Below are positions 48,932 through 58,138 of a stretch of DNA of 64,000 bases, piece after piece; the stretch's first letter is position 1; each line of letters opens with the position of its first letter. The position numbers were made by a program, and so were the translations under genes. Source of the DNA: Fimbriimonadia bacterium (GTDB lineage Bacteria > Armatimonadota > Fimbriimonadia > Fimbriimonadales > JABRVX01). The stretch lies in NCBI GenBank assembly GCA_041483895.1, contig JBGPGO010000007.1, forward strand, positions 14,304-78,303, written 5' to 3'. Under the pieces are notes generated by a model, which was given only the letters and a program-made list of their open reading frames with translations, had not been told where the DNA came from and searched no databases.

Positions 48932-51877
48932 CTAGTCCACGATGACCGTCTGGTTGGTTTTGGGCGCAGTCGCCGGCCAGAGGAGCTTTTTGCCATCAGC
49001 CGTCCGAGCCACGATGTAGTACTCGAAATCCTCCTGCGCCGCAGGCAGTGTCGCCTGGTATACCGCGCGGCCCAGATGCCGGAGCTCGATCCTTTGGAAC
49101 TGCCCTTTGCCGAGCGGGCGAAGGCACAAGTACGCTTCACTCGCCGGCAAGTTGTCAAGGATGGCCACACGGAGCGCGAGTGATTCCCCTTTGCGCGCTT
49201 GAGTGCGCACGGTCGGCACAACGATGCGCGTCGCGCCGGCGTAGTGGTTGGACGGGGCGGCATCAAGAGGAAGCGGTCTTTCGAGAGCCGCCGTGATCTC
49301 ATTGTCGTAGGCATCGAGCGTGTGCATGGTACGGCGGCTCTGCATCTCAAAATTTGCTATCGTGCCTAATTCCCCGGGGGTGTCACAGGCGGCGGCCTGG
49401 TATGTCATCAACTCCTCCCAGGCGCGCGCTATGGCGACACGAGACACCAACGCGTCGGAAGCCAGTTGCTTCCGCTTGGAGGTATCCGTCTCATTCTTCA
49501 GCGCCGCCGCCGCCCGATCCAACTCCGCCCGCAGGCAGCCCACTCGCGCAATCGCTTTGACTGCGCGATAGGTGTTGAGCCAGTAGTCGAAGCGCTCGAG
49601 ATTGCCTGCTCCGCGTACGCGGGAACGCAGCTTAGCGAAGGACTCGACGAAGGCGAACTGCTTTTGGACGGTCTCCCACGGCACTCCGTTCGGCAAGATT
49701 CCTCCCGGACCGGTAATCCAGTCCGTTACTTTCGGCATATTCAGTCCGTCTACCGAAGCCATTATGGCAGCGGCGGCGACTGCGACTCCCGCCCCAAAGT
49801 TTGCTCGCGCAAAATCCTTGTAGAAATCCGCATCCGGCATCCCACGGTCCTTGCCCGCGGATGGGATGGCACCGACTACCGTGTCGGCTTCATAGCCCTC
49901 TACCTTACCGCCGCCGCAGTTAATCTTTCGGCTGAACGCCGTGCCTGTGTTCGTTCTTCCCTCAATCACAATCCCGGCTATGCACGGGAACTCGACTTGA
50001 CGGACGAATTCGATCCGGAGTGGATCGGCACTGACTTCGATGTCGTGAAAGACGTAGTCGAGGGCCTTGTTCCGGCCCACCTCTTTGAACACATCCAAGG
50101 TATCGATCACTGTCTTGCCTTGCAAGCGCACGCCAAACACGCGCTTACCTATCGCATCGTGGAACGGCTCATTGAATTGCAGTCTCACACGGTACGTGCC
50201 GTTGGGTACCGAAAGGCGATAGCCGTCCATGTCGTATCGGACAGTCTGGTACACGCCCACTTCCTCGGTACCGGTAACCGGCTCTGTAAATACGGCAGCG
50301 TTCCCACCAACCGCTCCGTCCTTTGTCATTTGAGGTTTCCAGGACTTGGCGAAGAAGTTCGCGGGGACCCACGATTGATCCCACGCTGCGGCCGATAGGG
50401 CGGAAACATTTAGCATCATTGCTTTGGTGCGCCAATGGATGCCAAGCAGCCCTGTGCATCCAAGCCGCCGTGCGTCGGCGGCATCGTACCGCATGCGCGC
50501 CACCCAAGGCTGAGGCTGAGTCAGCATCGGATCGTTTTCCATCCATGGTATAGCCCATTTTGGACGCCCCGCAATATCCGCGAACGCGGGTTCGACAGGA
50601 TCATGTCCCACCTGGCGATTAATGCAACTCATGGGAGATGTCTTCGGCAGAATTCGGTCAAGCGCAGTTCGGTCGTTCTGAGGTCCAAGAACCCACCCGC
50701 ACGTCGCCAGTACGAAAGGGTTCCCAAGGCATTGTAGAGCAGCAAGGGCCGCGCGTATGTCGCTTGTGGTAGCATCCAACCGCTGCTTGCTGTTGCCGCC
50801 CCACGTCCAATCCTCCGGCGTCCACAGCCAGTAGTAGTCCACCGGGCAGGCCCGTGAGATTCGCATGAAGATCCCCTCGTATATCTCCTGCACCGTATTT
50901 GGATCGCCAGGGTCTCTTCCAAGAGCTTTGAGCCGCTCGCGCACGACGGTGGGAATGGTTAGCGGCGTCTCCGTGCCAACACATGTTTTCACACCCAACT
51001 GCTTCGCCCGTGAAAACACGATGCGCATCATCTCGCCGACGCGCCTGAACAGCTCATTGGATTCCGTGGGAGTGGCTGGGCGTGGCATCAGCCCGGTCTG
51101 CGAGTAGTTGCCATAGCCGTCTTGCGCGAAAAGCAGCGCCGCGCCGCCCGCAAACTCTGAGGTTGCAACAGGGGCATACCCCCACGTGCCCTTCGTCGTA
51201 TTGGCCCACGCGGACGGATAGCTGAACTTCACCCCTCCCCGCTCGTCGCAGTCCGAGGGGCTCCCGATCCACACCAGCGGCTCCGGACCAACGCCGCCCT
51301 CCGGGTAGCAGTGAAGGCCCAAAAAGTTCATTCGCATCTTCGGCAGTTGTTCTACATACGCAAGGTAGTCATCCTGATCCCACCAGTCAGGGCCTTCTGG
51401 GAAGTCGTGAAATGGCTGAATACCTCGTATCGTGAACAACGGCGTTGCCGTCTCGTTGAGGTGGGGAAGGGCATATGCGATCCTCTCGTCCGGAATCACG
51501 TCGCCGTGCAGATAGAATCGCACACCCAGTTTCTCGGCGAAACGATACGCACCGTACAGCACGGCGACATCGCTCCCTCCGCTGATCATCAAACTCCCGC
51601 CTCTCGTTTTCAGACGAAATTGCTGCGGCGAGAGAGCAGGATCCACGCGCAGAACGATTCCCGTGGCGTGTGAGACGCGCGGGACTATTCGCAGCAGCTT
51701 CCCTGTCCGGAGGTAGACGTAGCGCCTTACCTCTCGCGCAGCCAGCCTGACGTTTGGAGAGGCGCCGGCGGGACAGACGATCACGTCCCCGGAAACCATC
51801 GCAACGCAGGCAACCGCCGCCAGGACTAACGGCAACCCAAAGTGCGACTTCGTTCTTTTCCATTTGCATGTGTGCAT
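48932..51877 (-). CDS. secreted glycoside-hydrolase-like protein with malectin-like carbohydrate-binding domain
   Basis: 981 aa with a signal peptide. It has an N-terminal GH20b/GH67N-like segment (VAVLYGAYRFAEKLGVRFY) and a malectin-like segment (YRVRLQFNEPFHDAIGKRVFGVRLQGKTVIDTLDVFKEVG). Confidence 0.7.
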   Translation of the reverse strand: MHTCKWKRTKSHFGLPLVLAAVACVAMVSGDVIVCPAGASPNVRLAAREVRRYVYLRTGKLLRIVPRVSHATGIVLRVDPALSPQQFRLKTRGGSLMISGGSDVAVLYGAYRFAEKLGVRFYLHGDVIPDERIAYALPHLNETATPLFTIRGIQPFHDFPEGPDWWDQDDYLAYVEQLPKMRMNFLGLHCYPEGGVGPEPLVWIGSPSDCDERGGVKFSYPSAWANTTKGTWGYAPVATSEFAGGAALLFAQDGYGNYSQTGLMPRPATPTESNELFRRVGEMMRIVFSRAKQLGVKTCVGTETPLTIPTVVRERLKALGRDPGDPNTVQEIYEGIFMRISRACPVDYYWLWTPEDWTWGGNSKQRLDATTSDIRAALAALQCLGNPFVLATCGWVLGPQNDRTALDRILPKTSPMSCINRQVGHDPVEPAFADIAGRPKWAIPWMENDPMLTQPQPWVARMRYDAADARRLGCTGLLGIHWRTKAMMLNVSALSAAAWDQSWVPANFFAKSWKPQMTKDGAVGGNAAVFTEPVTGTEEVGVYQTVRYDMDGYRLSVPNGTYRVRLQFNEPFHDAIGKRVFGVRLQGKTVIDTLDVFKEVGRNKALDYVFHDIEVSADPLRIEFVRQVEFPCIAGIVIEGRTNTGTAFSRKINCGGGKVEGYEADTVVGAIPSAGKDRGMPDADFYKDFARANFGAGVAVAAAAIMASVDGLNMPKVTDWITGPGGILPNGVPWETVQKQFAFVESFAKLRSRVRGAGNLERFDYWLNTYRAVKAIARVGCLRAELDRAAAALKNETDTSKRKQLASDALVSRVAIARAWEELMTYQAAACDTPGELGTIANFEMQSRRTMHTLDAYDNEITAALERPLPLDAAPSNHYAGATRIVVPTVRTQARKGESLALRVAILDNLPASEAYLCLRPLGKGQFQRIELRHLGRAVYQATLPAAQEDFEYYIVARTADGKKLLWPATAPKTNQTVIVD

Positions 51878-52219
51878 CGGTATCTAGGTGAAGATTCTAC
51901 GGTGGACGCCACCGACTCCTTGAAGCCGCTTCGAACGGAGTAGGCAGGAGCGGCGAACATCAAGTGGATGGCCCCAGCCCGGTTGATTATTCGTCCACCA
52001 ACAGACGCATGTTTGTGTCGCCAAAGCGGCCTTGAATGATGGATAGCAAATGGGACGCCGATTGAATTGGATCGTAGGACCGGTTAGAAATCCCTACGCA
52101 CGAAACGGCGCATTGGCGGACGGGCGAATGCAGTCACAAGTCCGATATGCCTACAATCGATAAACCCCTCGTTCCTTGAGCCTGGACTTCCAACCGCTCT
52201 TCCGAGTACCTGTCGTATT

Positions 52220-52247
52220 GGTATCGATAATGGCCCTTTTCGATACC
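52220..52247 (+). repeat. dif-like 11-6-11 site e
   Basis: GGTATCGATAA-TGGCCC-TTTTCGATACC, 17 nt upstream of the recombinase B ATG, with the GGGAGG SD in between. Confidence 0.8.
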
Positions 52248-52264
52248 AAAGGGAGGCAGAAACC

Positions 52265-53212
52265 ATGGCAATTGAACTCAAAGTTACAGAAGCCGCCCCA
52301 GCCGTACCGAACGCGCTGGAGTTCCTTCTGAAGTCCAAACGGAGCGAAGTCACGAGGCTGGCGTACCAGCGGGATCTAAGGCTGTTCTTCCGGGTCGTCG
52401 CAGGGACAGAACCAACGCCGCAAACGGTCGGCGCATTCTTCAAGCTCGATACCCCCGGCGTCGTTCGAGCGATGCTCACCTTCAAGTTGCAGCAGATAGA
52501 GCAAGGGGTTGCCGAGGTTACGCTGAACCGGCGGCTGACGGCGATTCGCTCGCTTCTCAGCGTGGCAAGGCAGCTCGGGCTAACAGAGGTCATTTCGCAG
52601 GGACTTGTTCCCGGAGAGAAGACGATGCAGTACCGGGACACCAGAGGCGTCGACAAAGAGGCAGCGGCCGCGATGCTGATGCTGCCGAACACCTTTACCG
52701 TCAAGGGGAAGCGCGATGCGGCGATCCTCCGGTTGTTCTGGGAACTGGCGCTACGAAGGCAGGAAATCTGCAATCTGACACGAGCCGACTTCGACCCGGA
52801 AGCAAAGACGCTGGCCGTTCGCGGCAAGGGAAAGGGAACGCAGAAGGTGCTGATGACGCTGAGCGACAAGGCAATCGAGGCGATCGGCGACTACCTCGCA
52901 TGTCGGAACGATAGCCGACCGGAACTGTTTCTCTCCTGCACCAGGGACGGAAACGGACAGCTCTCCGGCATCACGGGCGTCGGACTGGCGTTCATGGTGA
53001 AGCACTACGCGAGGAAGGCCGGGATCCAGAACTTTAGTCCCCACAAGTGGCGGCACACGAGCATCACCGCCTACCTACGTGCCACAGACGGCGACGTGCG
53101 CGGCGCACAGAAGCTCAGCCGCCATGCCAAGCTGGAGACGCTGATGATCTACGACGATGCACGGGAAGACATCCAAGGCCGAGCGACGAGGCTGCTGTCG
53201 GAATTGGCATGA
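52265..53212 (+). CDS. Xer-type tyrosine recombinase, copy B
   Basis: 315 aa with the same catalytic blocks as copy A (ELALRRQEI, PHKWRHTSITA, SRHAKLETLMIYDD). It differs by scattered substitutions and a 4-codon insertion (CTRDGNGQLSG versus CAGQPSG). Confidence 0.9.
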   Translation: MAIELKVTEAAPAVPNALEFLLKSKRSEVTRLAYQRDLRLFFRVVAGTEPTPQTVGAFFKLDTPGVVRAMLTFKLQQIEQGVAEVTLNRRLTAIRSLLSVARQLGLTEVISQGLVPGEKTMQYRDTRGVDKEAAAAMLMLPNTFTVKGKRDAAILRLFWELALRRQEICNLTRADFDPEAKTLAVRGKGKGTQKVLMTLSDKAIEAIGDYLACRNDSRPELFLSCTRDGNGQLSGITGVGLAFMVKHYARKAGIQNFSPHKWRHTSITAYLRATDGDVRGAQKLSRHAKLETLMIYDDAREDIQGRATRLLSELA

Positions 53213-53313
53213 TATTGTCAAATCAGCGCATGTTGCTGTCAATCGCCATAGCTGACGGCTTCCTAAACGCGACTTCATGAAGCGGAACAGATTCGAAAAG
53301 CAGGATCCGACGC

Positions 53314-55239
53314 TCAATCTCGACGCAGATTCTCATCGGGATGGAAATTAGGAAGATCCATATGGGGTTCAGACATAGCATGAATCAAGGTGATATCACC
53401 AGATCCCGTGTCACCTACCATCACCCCCGAGCGCCAACCATATCCCTTCAAAATCTGTCGGGGTCCCGGGCCGTTCTGAAATTGTTTATACTCGTCATGC
53501 GAGACAAGAAGAGAGTAATCGTAGAACGGTAAATCGATCGTTCCGTCTTCGTGATAACTGCCGCCGCCGAAAAAACAGCCGACGATGCCGGGCGCCGTTT
53601 CTTCGTAAAATGTAAGCGGATCGTCGTTCTTGATCAGGGGCGACTTGGCCGGATTTAGCCAAGGGCCGGCGCGACCATCATCTGGACACAATGCCTTGTA
53701 CGCTGTGAGCGCGTCTCTCTGCATCGGGGACAGAGCACGGGCAGGAATAGACTTGTCGCTCCTCAATACGCTCTTTTGGTTTGGGCTGAGGGTCGCCCAG
53801 AATCGCATCATCGCGATTTCTTCGGATTGGCATACCGGCCCTTGGAATCCCCTCCATGTCACTTGGAGCGTATCCAGCAGCTGTCGGAACCGGCTATCAG
53901 TCATGTGGGAAGCAATGGAGGCCAAGTCATCGAATGAGGGCACTCCGTTGAAAAGCACCCGATATAATTGATGCAGGATGGGGCGCGGACAGCTATCGTT
54001 GCCCGCGATCCGAACCGACTGACTGGCGGCTCCGACGATCCAATCTCCTGACGATTTCCAGCAAATTTCGTCCTGGCCAATCTGGTACAGCAGGTCGGCC
54101 AGCCGGCAATGACCCGTGGGCGCCTGACTTCGTAGCATGCCGTCGTTGAGCTCCACAACAATGGGCATGTTCGTCGAGCTCGATATCTGTCTGAGCAATG
54201 GAGAAGTCACGACATCGAGCGGGTCCAGAAAGTCGTTCGCACCGTGCGAATGGACCCATTGACCATATGGTTTCCAAAGGTACAAGAGCCGCTCGGCAGT
54301 GAGATCGGATATCGGTTTCGGAACTGAAATGACTGGATTGTCCTGAATTTGCACCAACGAGGCCGGGCTGGGTTTCTCGGCGCTTGGAAGCGGCAACATC
54401 AGCGAATGCGACTGCAACAAAGGACGATTGTGCAAGTCGATAAGCGAAGACACGACATCGACCGAATAATCAAATGCCTTTACTGAGATCCGAAGCGACT
54501 TACAATTGGCAAGTTTGCGACCTTCTTTGGAGCGCAAAATCGATCGGGCGTGGGTGGGGACGAAACCTTCCAGATCGTACTCTTTCGCAGCGGATACTTG
54601 CCATGTCTTGCATGGTTCCTCGATACCGCTCAGCCCAACAATGACCTGCGCCGTAGACCCTTCCAGCACAGTCCACCACTGCGCCTCGCTCCACTGATCC
54701 AGCACGTCGAACGCTATGTTGCTGTCGGGATACGCTTGCTCCCAACAGTCATCACTTTGCTCGGGCCCATACTCCTGGTCAGGCACATGGAACCGCTCAC
54801 TGGCCGGCAGATCCCGCTCCCGTCGCCGCCGGGCCATTTCGGTCATGATCGCGGCAAGGTTCCGATCCTCCTTCGCCTTGGCGGCAGATTGGCTAAGTCG
54901 ATTGCGATAGGCTCTTTGCTGAGGAGATTCCCGTAATACGTAGCCGCCACCTCTCTTGAACCAAGTGAGGTCCAGCGACTCAGCGAGCCGGTTCATCACC
55001 TCGCGAAGCGGCCGCCCTTTTGCGCAAAGAAAGACGATCCGATTCCTGTTGGCGGCATCGGCCGACAATGGGACTTTGGTTTCCCTCGTCAGCAGTTCAA
55101 GAATCTCTGCGACGGACAGGCAAGAGCCGGCAGAATTCACCGTCAAGTTCAAGGGATTTCTTGCCGGGAGGACAGTCTTCCGTAAGGTGGCTCCCCCCAA
55201 GATTAGTGCCAAGACCCCTATTGCAGCAACAAATCTCAT
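53314..55239 (-). CDS. hypothetical secreted protein
   Basis: 641-aa ORF with a signal-like N-terminus (MRFVAAIGVLALILGGA). No family recognised. Confidence 0.6.
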   Translation of the reverse strand: MRFVAAIGVLALILGGATLRKTVLPARNPLNLTVNSAGSCLSVAEILELLTRETKVPLSADAANRNRIVFLCAKGRPLREVMNRLAESLDLTWFKRGGGYVLRESPQQRAYRNRLSQSAAKAKEDRNLAAIMTEMARRRRERDLPASERFHVPDQEYGPEQSDDCWEQAYPDSNIAFDVLDQWSEAQWWTVLEGSTAQVIVGLSGIEEPCKTWQVSAAKEYDLEGFVPTHARSILRSKEGRKLANCKSLRISVKAFDYSVDVVSSLIDLHNRPLLQSHSLMLPLPSAEKPSPASLVQIQDNPVISVPKPISDLTAERLLYLWKPYGQWVHSHGANDFLDPLDVVTSPLLRQISSSTNMPIVVELNDGMLRSQAPTGHCRLADLLYQIGQDEICWKSSGDWIVGAASQSVRIAGNDSCPRPILHQLYRVLFNGVPSFDDLASIASHMTDSRFRQLLDTLQVTWRGFQGPVCQSEEIAMMRFWATLSPNQKSVLRSDKSIPARALSPMQRDALTAYKALCPDDGRAGPWLNPAKSPLIKNDDPLTFYEETAPGIVGCFFGGGSYHEDGTIDLPFYDYSLLVSHDEYKQFQNGPGPRQILKGYGWRSGVMVGDTGSGDITLIHAMSEPHMDLPNFHPDENLRRD

Positions 55240-55334
55240 TCCAACTCAATAATATCACAAATACGCAATGAGCTGTTGCGGCGGCTCCGTGGCCATGAAG
55301 ACTTCGAAACGCGACAGGTGCGTGCGGGCCATTC

Positions 55335-55362
55335 CCTATCGAAAATCGCCATAATCGACACC
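55335..55362 (-). repeat. dif-like 11-6-11 site f
   Basis: CCTATCGAAAA-TCGCCA-TAATCGACACC. Its reverse complement is GGTGTCGATTA-TGGCGA-TTTTCGATAGG. Confidence 0.7.
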
Positions 55363-55364
55363 AA

Positions 55365-55555
55365 GAACACTGCTGCGAATCGCACCGCGAGGGCTGCGCA
55401 GCATCGAGCGCCAGGATGGCGGTGAATTCCCGAGTGAGCGCACCGAATACATCCGCGACGGCGACGATGCTTTCGGCAAGTGGCATCCGTTCACCTTTCA
55501 AGCCTTCCAAGTAGCCGTTGCCGTACCAGCGTTCCTGATGGTATGGAAGCCTTCC
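55365..55555 (-). pseudogene. HD-GYP domain gene fragment
   Basis: The minus-strand translation PYHQERWYGNGYLEGLKGERMPLAESIVAVADVFGALTRE matches the HHERWDGSGYP...IPL..RI.AVAD.FDALT core of HD-GYP phosphodiesterases. There is a stop immediately upstream, and the fragment ends at site f. Confidence 0.6.
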
Positions 55556-55616
55556 TAACTGATTCTGTGCAAGAACGGGGCCGGATTAGCCGCAACTGAA
55601 GAAAGTCGAGTTCGAA

Positions 55617-56147
55617 GTGTATAATAGGGTCGGGGAGCGGCTAAGACTTGTACAAACCGATCCAGATCCGAACGCAACGCCTGTTCATAGGCGGACACTC
55701 TTGACCGACTTTACATGGTCGGTGCGAGTTCGCGCCGCAGGTAAACAGGAAGCAACGGTTCATTCTCGGAACCACACGTTCCGCGTTGGACCGCAGCTAA
55801 GCTTCGCCCAAAGCGATTCCAATCCCACTGCCCTCGAGTTCTTCATTGGCGCCTTCGCGGCGGATATCGTCAATGGCTTTCAGCGGGCCGCCGCCAAGCG
55901 GAGAATAGCGCTCGATGAACTTGAATTCTCCGTGACCTGCCGGCTGAACAACCCGCTGGTGCACGTGGAGGTTATCGGTGAGGAAGGCCACCCCGGAATC
56001 GAACAGATCGACGGAACGCTTTACGTCTTCGCTGATTCCGAACCGAATGTCATCGAAGAGCTTTGGAACGAAACGCTTTCAATGTCACCTCTGGTCACTA
56101 CACTGAAGGACTCGGTGACCTTAATGTTGCGTATAAATATGATCTAA
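55617..56147 (+). CDS. OsmC/Ohr-family protein
   Basis: 176 aa with a GTG start. The pattern (NPTALEFFIGAFAADIVNGF...ELEFSVTCRL) is compatible with the OsmC fold. Moderate confidence. Confidence 0.65.
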   Translation: MYNRVGERLRLVQTDPDPNATPVHRRTLLTDFTWSVRVRAAGKQEATVHSRNHTFRVGPQLSFAQSDSNPTALEFFIGAFAADIVNGFQRAAAKRRIALDELEFSVTCRLNNPLVHVEVIGEEGHPGIEQIDGTLYVFADSEPNVIEELWNETLSMSPLVTTLKDSVTLMLRINMI

Positions 56148-56160
56148 GGGGGAAACGAGC

Positions 56161-57312
56161 ATGTATGCACTAACAGAGAAGCAAGCGTCCATCGTCGGTC
56201 AAATCCACAAGCTCGTGGAAGAAAACGTCGCTCCGCAAGCAGCCGACGTTGATCGACAAGGAAGGTTTCCGAAAGAGGCAATCGACGCGCTGGCGGCTGA
56301 GGGATTGCTGGGGTTGACGGTCCCGCAAGAATACGGAGGCATGGGTGAAGGGGTACGAGTTGCCGCCGCCGCCCTCGACGAGATCGCCCAGGGCTGCGCC
56401 TCCACCGCGATGATTTATCTGATGCACCTGTGCGGGGTCGCCTGCTACAGCGCGGCCCCGAAAGTAGCCAACGGGCAGCTTCGGGACGCCGCCAAAGGCG
56501 AGCATCTCAGCACTCTCGCTTGGAGCGAAGCAGGCTCGCGCAGCCACTTTTGGGCTCCGATCAGTCAAGCCGCGCAGAAGAACGGCCATGTGTCGCTCAA
56601 TGCCAAGAAATCTTGGGTTACTTCGGCGGGGTACGCGGACGGCTACGTCGTATCCAGCCGTACCCCGGGAAGCCAAGCGCCCACCGATACCATGCTCTAT
56701 CTGGTTCTAAAGGAGGATCCGGGCCTGAAAGTGGACGGCCCATGGGACGCGCTGGGAATGCGTGGAAACGCCAGCGCACCGATGATTCTTGCGGACTGCG
56801 AGGTCCCTGCAAGCCGGGCGCTCAGCGAGCCGAGCAAGGGCTTCGACTTCATGCTCTCGGTGGTTCTTCCGACGTTTCAACTCGGCAACGCGGCCATCTG
56901 TGTCGGCATATGTGAGGCGGCGGTCGCCGCGACAACCGCCCACCTTATTGGTAAAGGCTTCGAGCACCTCAATACCAGACTCGCGGACCTGCCAAACCTG
57001 CGCGCACGGCTTGCGCAAATGCGCATCGAGACGGATCGTGCTCGCGCACACCTTGCAAGCGCGATCAACGCCGTCGAAACCCCAGGTCCGACGACGATGC
57101 TCATGGTTCTGGAGGTTAAGGCTGCGGCCGCGGAAAGCGCGATCACGGTAACGGACCTTGGAATGCGGGCCTGCGGCGGTGCGGCGTTCAGCAGGCAATT
57201 GGGACTGGAGCGCAACTTCCGAGACGCGAGGGCGGCGGGTGTCATGGCTCCAACGTCGGACGTGATCCACGACTTCATCGGCAAAGCGCTCTGCGGAATG
57301 GACCTGTTCTAG
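56161..57312 (+). CDS. acyl-CoA dehydrogenase-family protein
   Basis: 383 aa with typical ACAD N-, middle- and C-domain patterns (FPKEAIDALAAEGLLGLTVPQEYGG, KSWVTSAGYADGYVV, RNFRDARA). Confidence 0.9.
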   Translation: MYALTEKQASIVGQIHKLVEENVAPQAADVDRQGRFPKEAIDALAAEGLLGLTVPQEYGGMGEGVRVAAAALDEIAQGCASTAMIYLMHLCGVACYSAAPKVANGQLRDAAKGEHLSTLAWSEAGSRSHFWAPISQAAQKNGHVSLNAKKSWVTSAGYADGYVVSSRTPGSQAPTDTMLYLVLKEDPGLKVDGPWDALGMRGNASAPMILADCEVPASRALSEPSKGFDFMLSVVLPTFQLGNAAICVGICEAAVAATTAHLIGKGFEHLNTRLADLPNLRARLAQMRIETDRARAHLASAINAVETPGPTTMLMVLEVKAAAAESAITVTDLGMRACGGAAFSRQLGLERNFRDARAAGVMAPTSDVIHDFIGKALCGMDLF

Positions 57313-57313
57313 A

Positions 57314-58138
57314 ATGGCGGCCCCGATCCTCGTTGGCGCGGTCGTATATGACCCCAAGGTAGTGTTGATCTGGGAAATCATCAAGGACTTCTTCGAACAG
57401 AACGATTGCGCGATGGACACCGTGTTCTACAGCAACTATGAGTTGCAGGTCGAGTCTTTGTTGAAGAACCAAATCCATATCGCGTGGAATTCACCTCTCG
57501 CTTGGCTGGACGCCCAGCGACAATCAGGCGGGCATTGCCGTGCGATTGCCATGCGGGACACCGACCGGGACCGTGTCTCTCATATCGTCGCCCAGAAGCA
57601 AAGCGGTTTCACCAACCTTGGTGATCTTCGCGGCAAGACATTCGCCACGGGAGCGAAAGACTCTCCACAATCAACTCTTATCCCAACCGGACTGATGCAG
57701 CGGAACGGTCTGAACCCGGGAGTGGATTTCCAGGTCCGAAGATTTGATGTGCTTGTCGGAAAGCACGGGGATCACATTGGGGGGGAGCTGGACGCTTTGA
57801 AGTCCCTCCAAACCGGGGAAAGCGATGCCTGCGCTCTGCTGGACCTCAACTGGCAGAGGTGGAAGACCGACGGAACGGCCGATCCGTCGAAATTGGCCGT
57901 GATCGCGACCACCGATCGGTTCGATCACTGTGTTTTCACAGTCGGCAAGGAGTTCCCACAGGACGATCAAGAACGGTGGCTCACAGTGCTGCACGCGATG
58001 AGCTACGACAATCCCGACCACCGCGAAATGATGGATATGGAGGGTCTTAAACAGTGGCTCCCGGGCCGGACGACACAGTTCACGGCGCTGACGGAGGCGG
58101 TGGAGAGGCAGGGCTTCTTCGAAGGGAGCTCATCATAG
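57314..58138 (+). CDS. PhnD/SsuA-like periplasmic-binding-fold protein without signal peptide
   Basis: 274 aa. The pattern (IAWNSPLAWLDA, LRGKTFATGAKDSPQSTLIP, ACALLDLNW) resembles phosphonate/sulfonate-type binding proteins. Starts 1 nt after the ACAD stop. Confidence 0.65.
   Translation: MAAPILVGAVVYDPKVVLIWEIIKDFFEQNDCAMDTVFYSNYELQVESLLKNQIHIAWNSPLAWLDAQRQSGGHCRAIAMRDTDRDRVSHIVAQKQSGFTNLGDLRGKTFATGAKDSPQSTLIPTGLMQRNGLNPGVDFQVRRFDVLVGKHGDHIGGELDALKSLQTGESDACALLDLNWQRWKTDGTADPSKLAVIATTDRFDHCVFTVGKEFPQDDQERWLTVLHAMSYDNPDHREMMDMEGLKQWLPGRTTQFTALTEAVERQGFFEGSSS

Larger units (their letters stand above)
52181..53212 (+). repeat. right arm of the ~1.03-kb inverted duplication (leader with site e plus recombinase gene)
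   Basis: Aligns with the reverse complement of 36011-37029. Confidence 0.85.

Noticed and set aside
52084-52869. 261-aa ORF antisense to recombinase B and the similar 156-aa ORF 36378-36848 antisense to recombinase A.
   Set aside because: Their mutual similarity simply mirrors the duplicated recombinase genes. Their composition is Ser/Arg/Ala-rich with no motifs.
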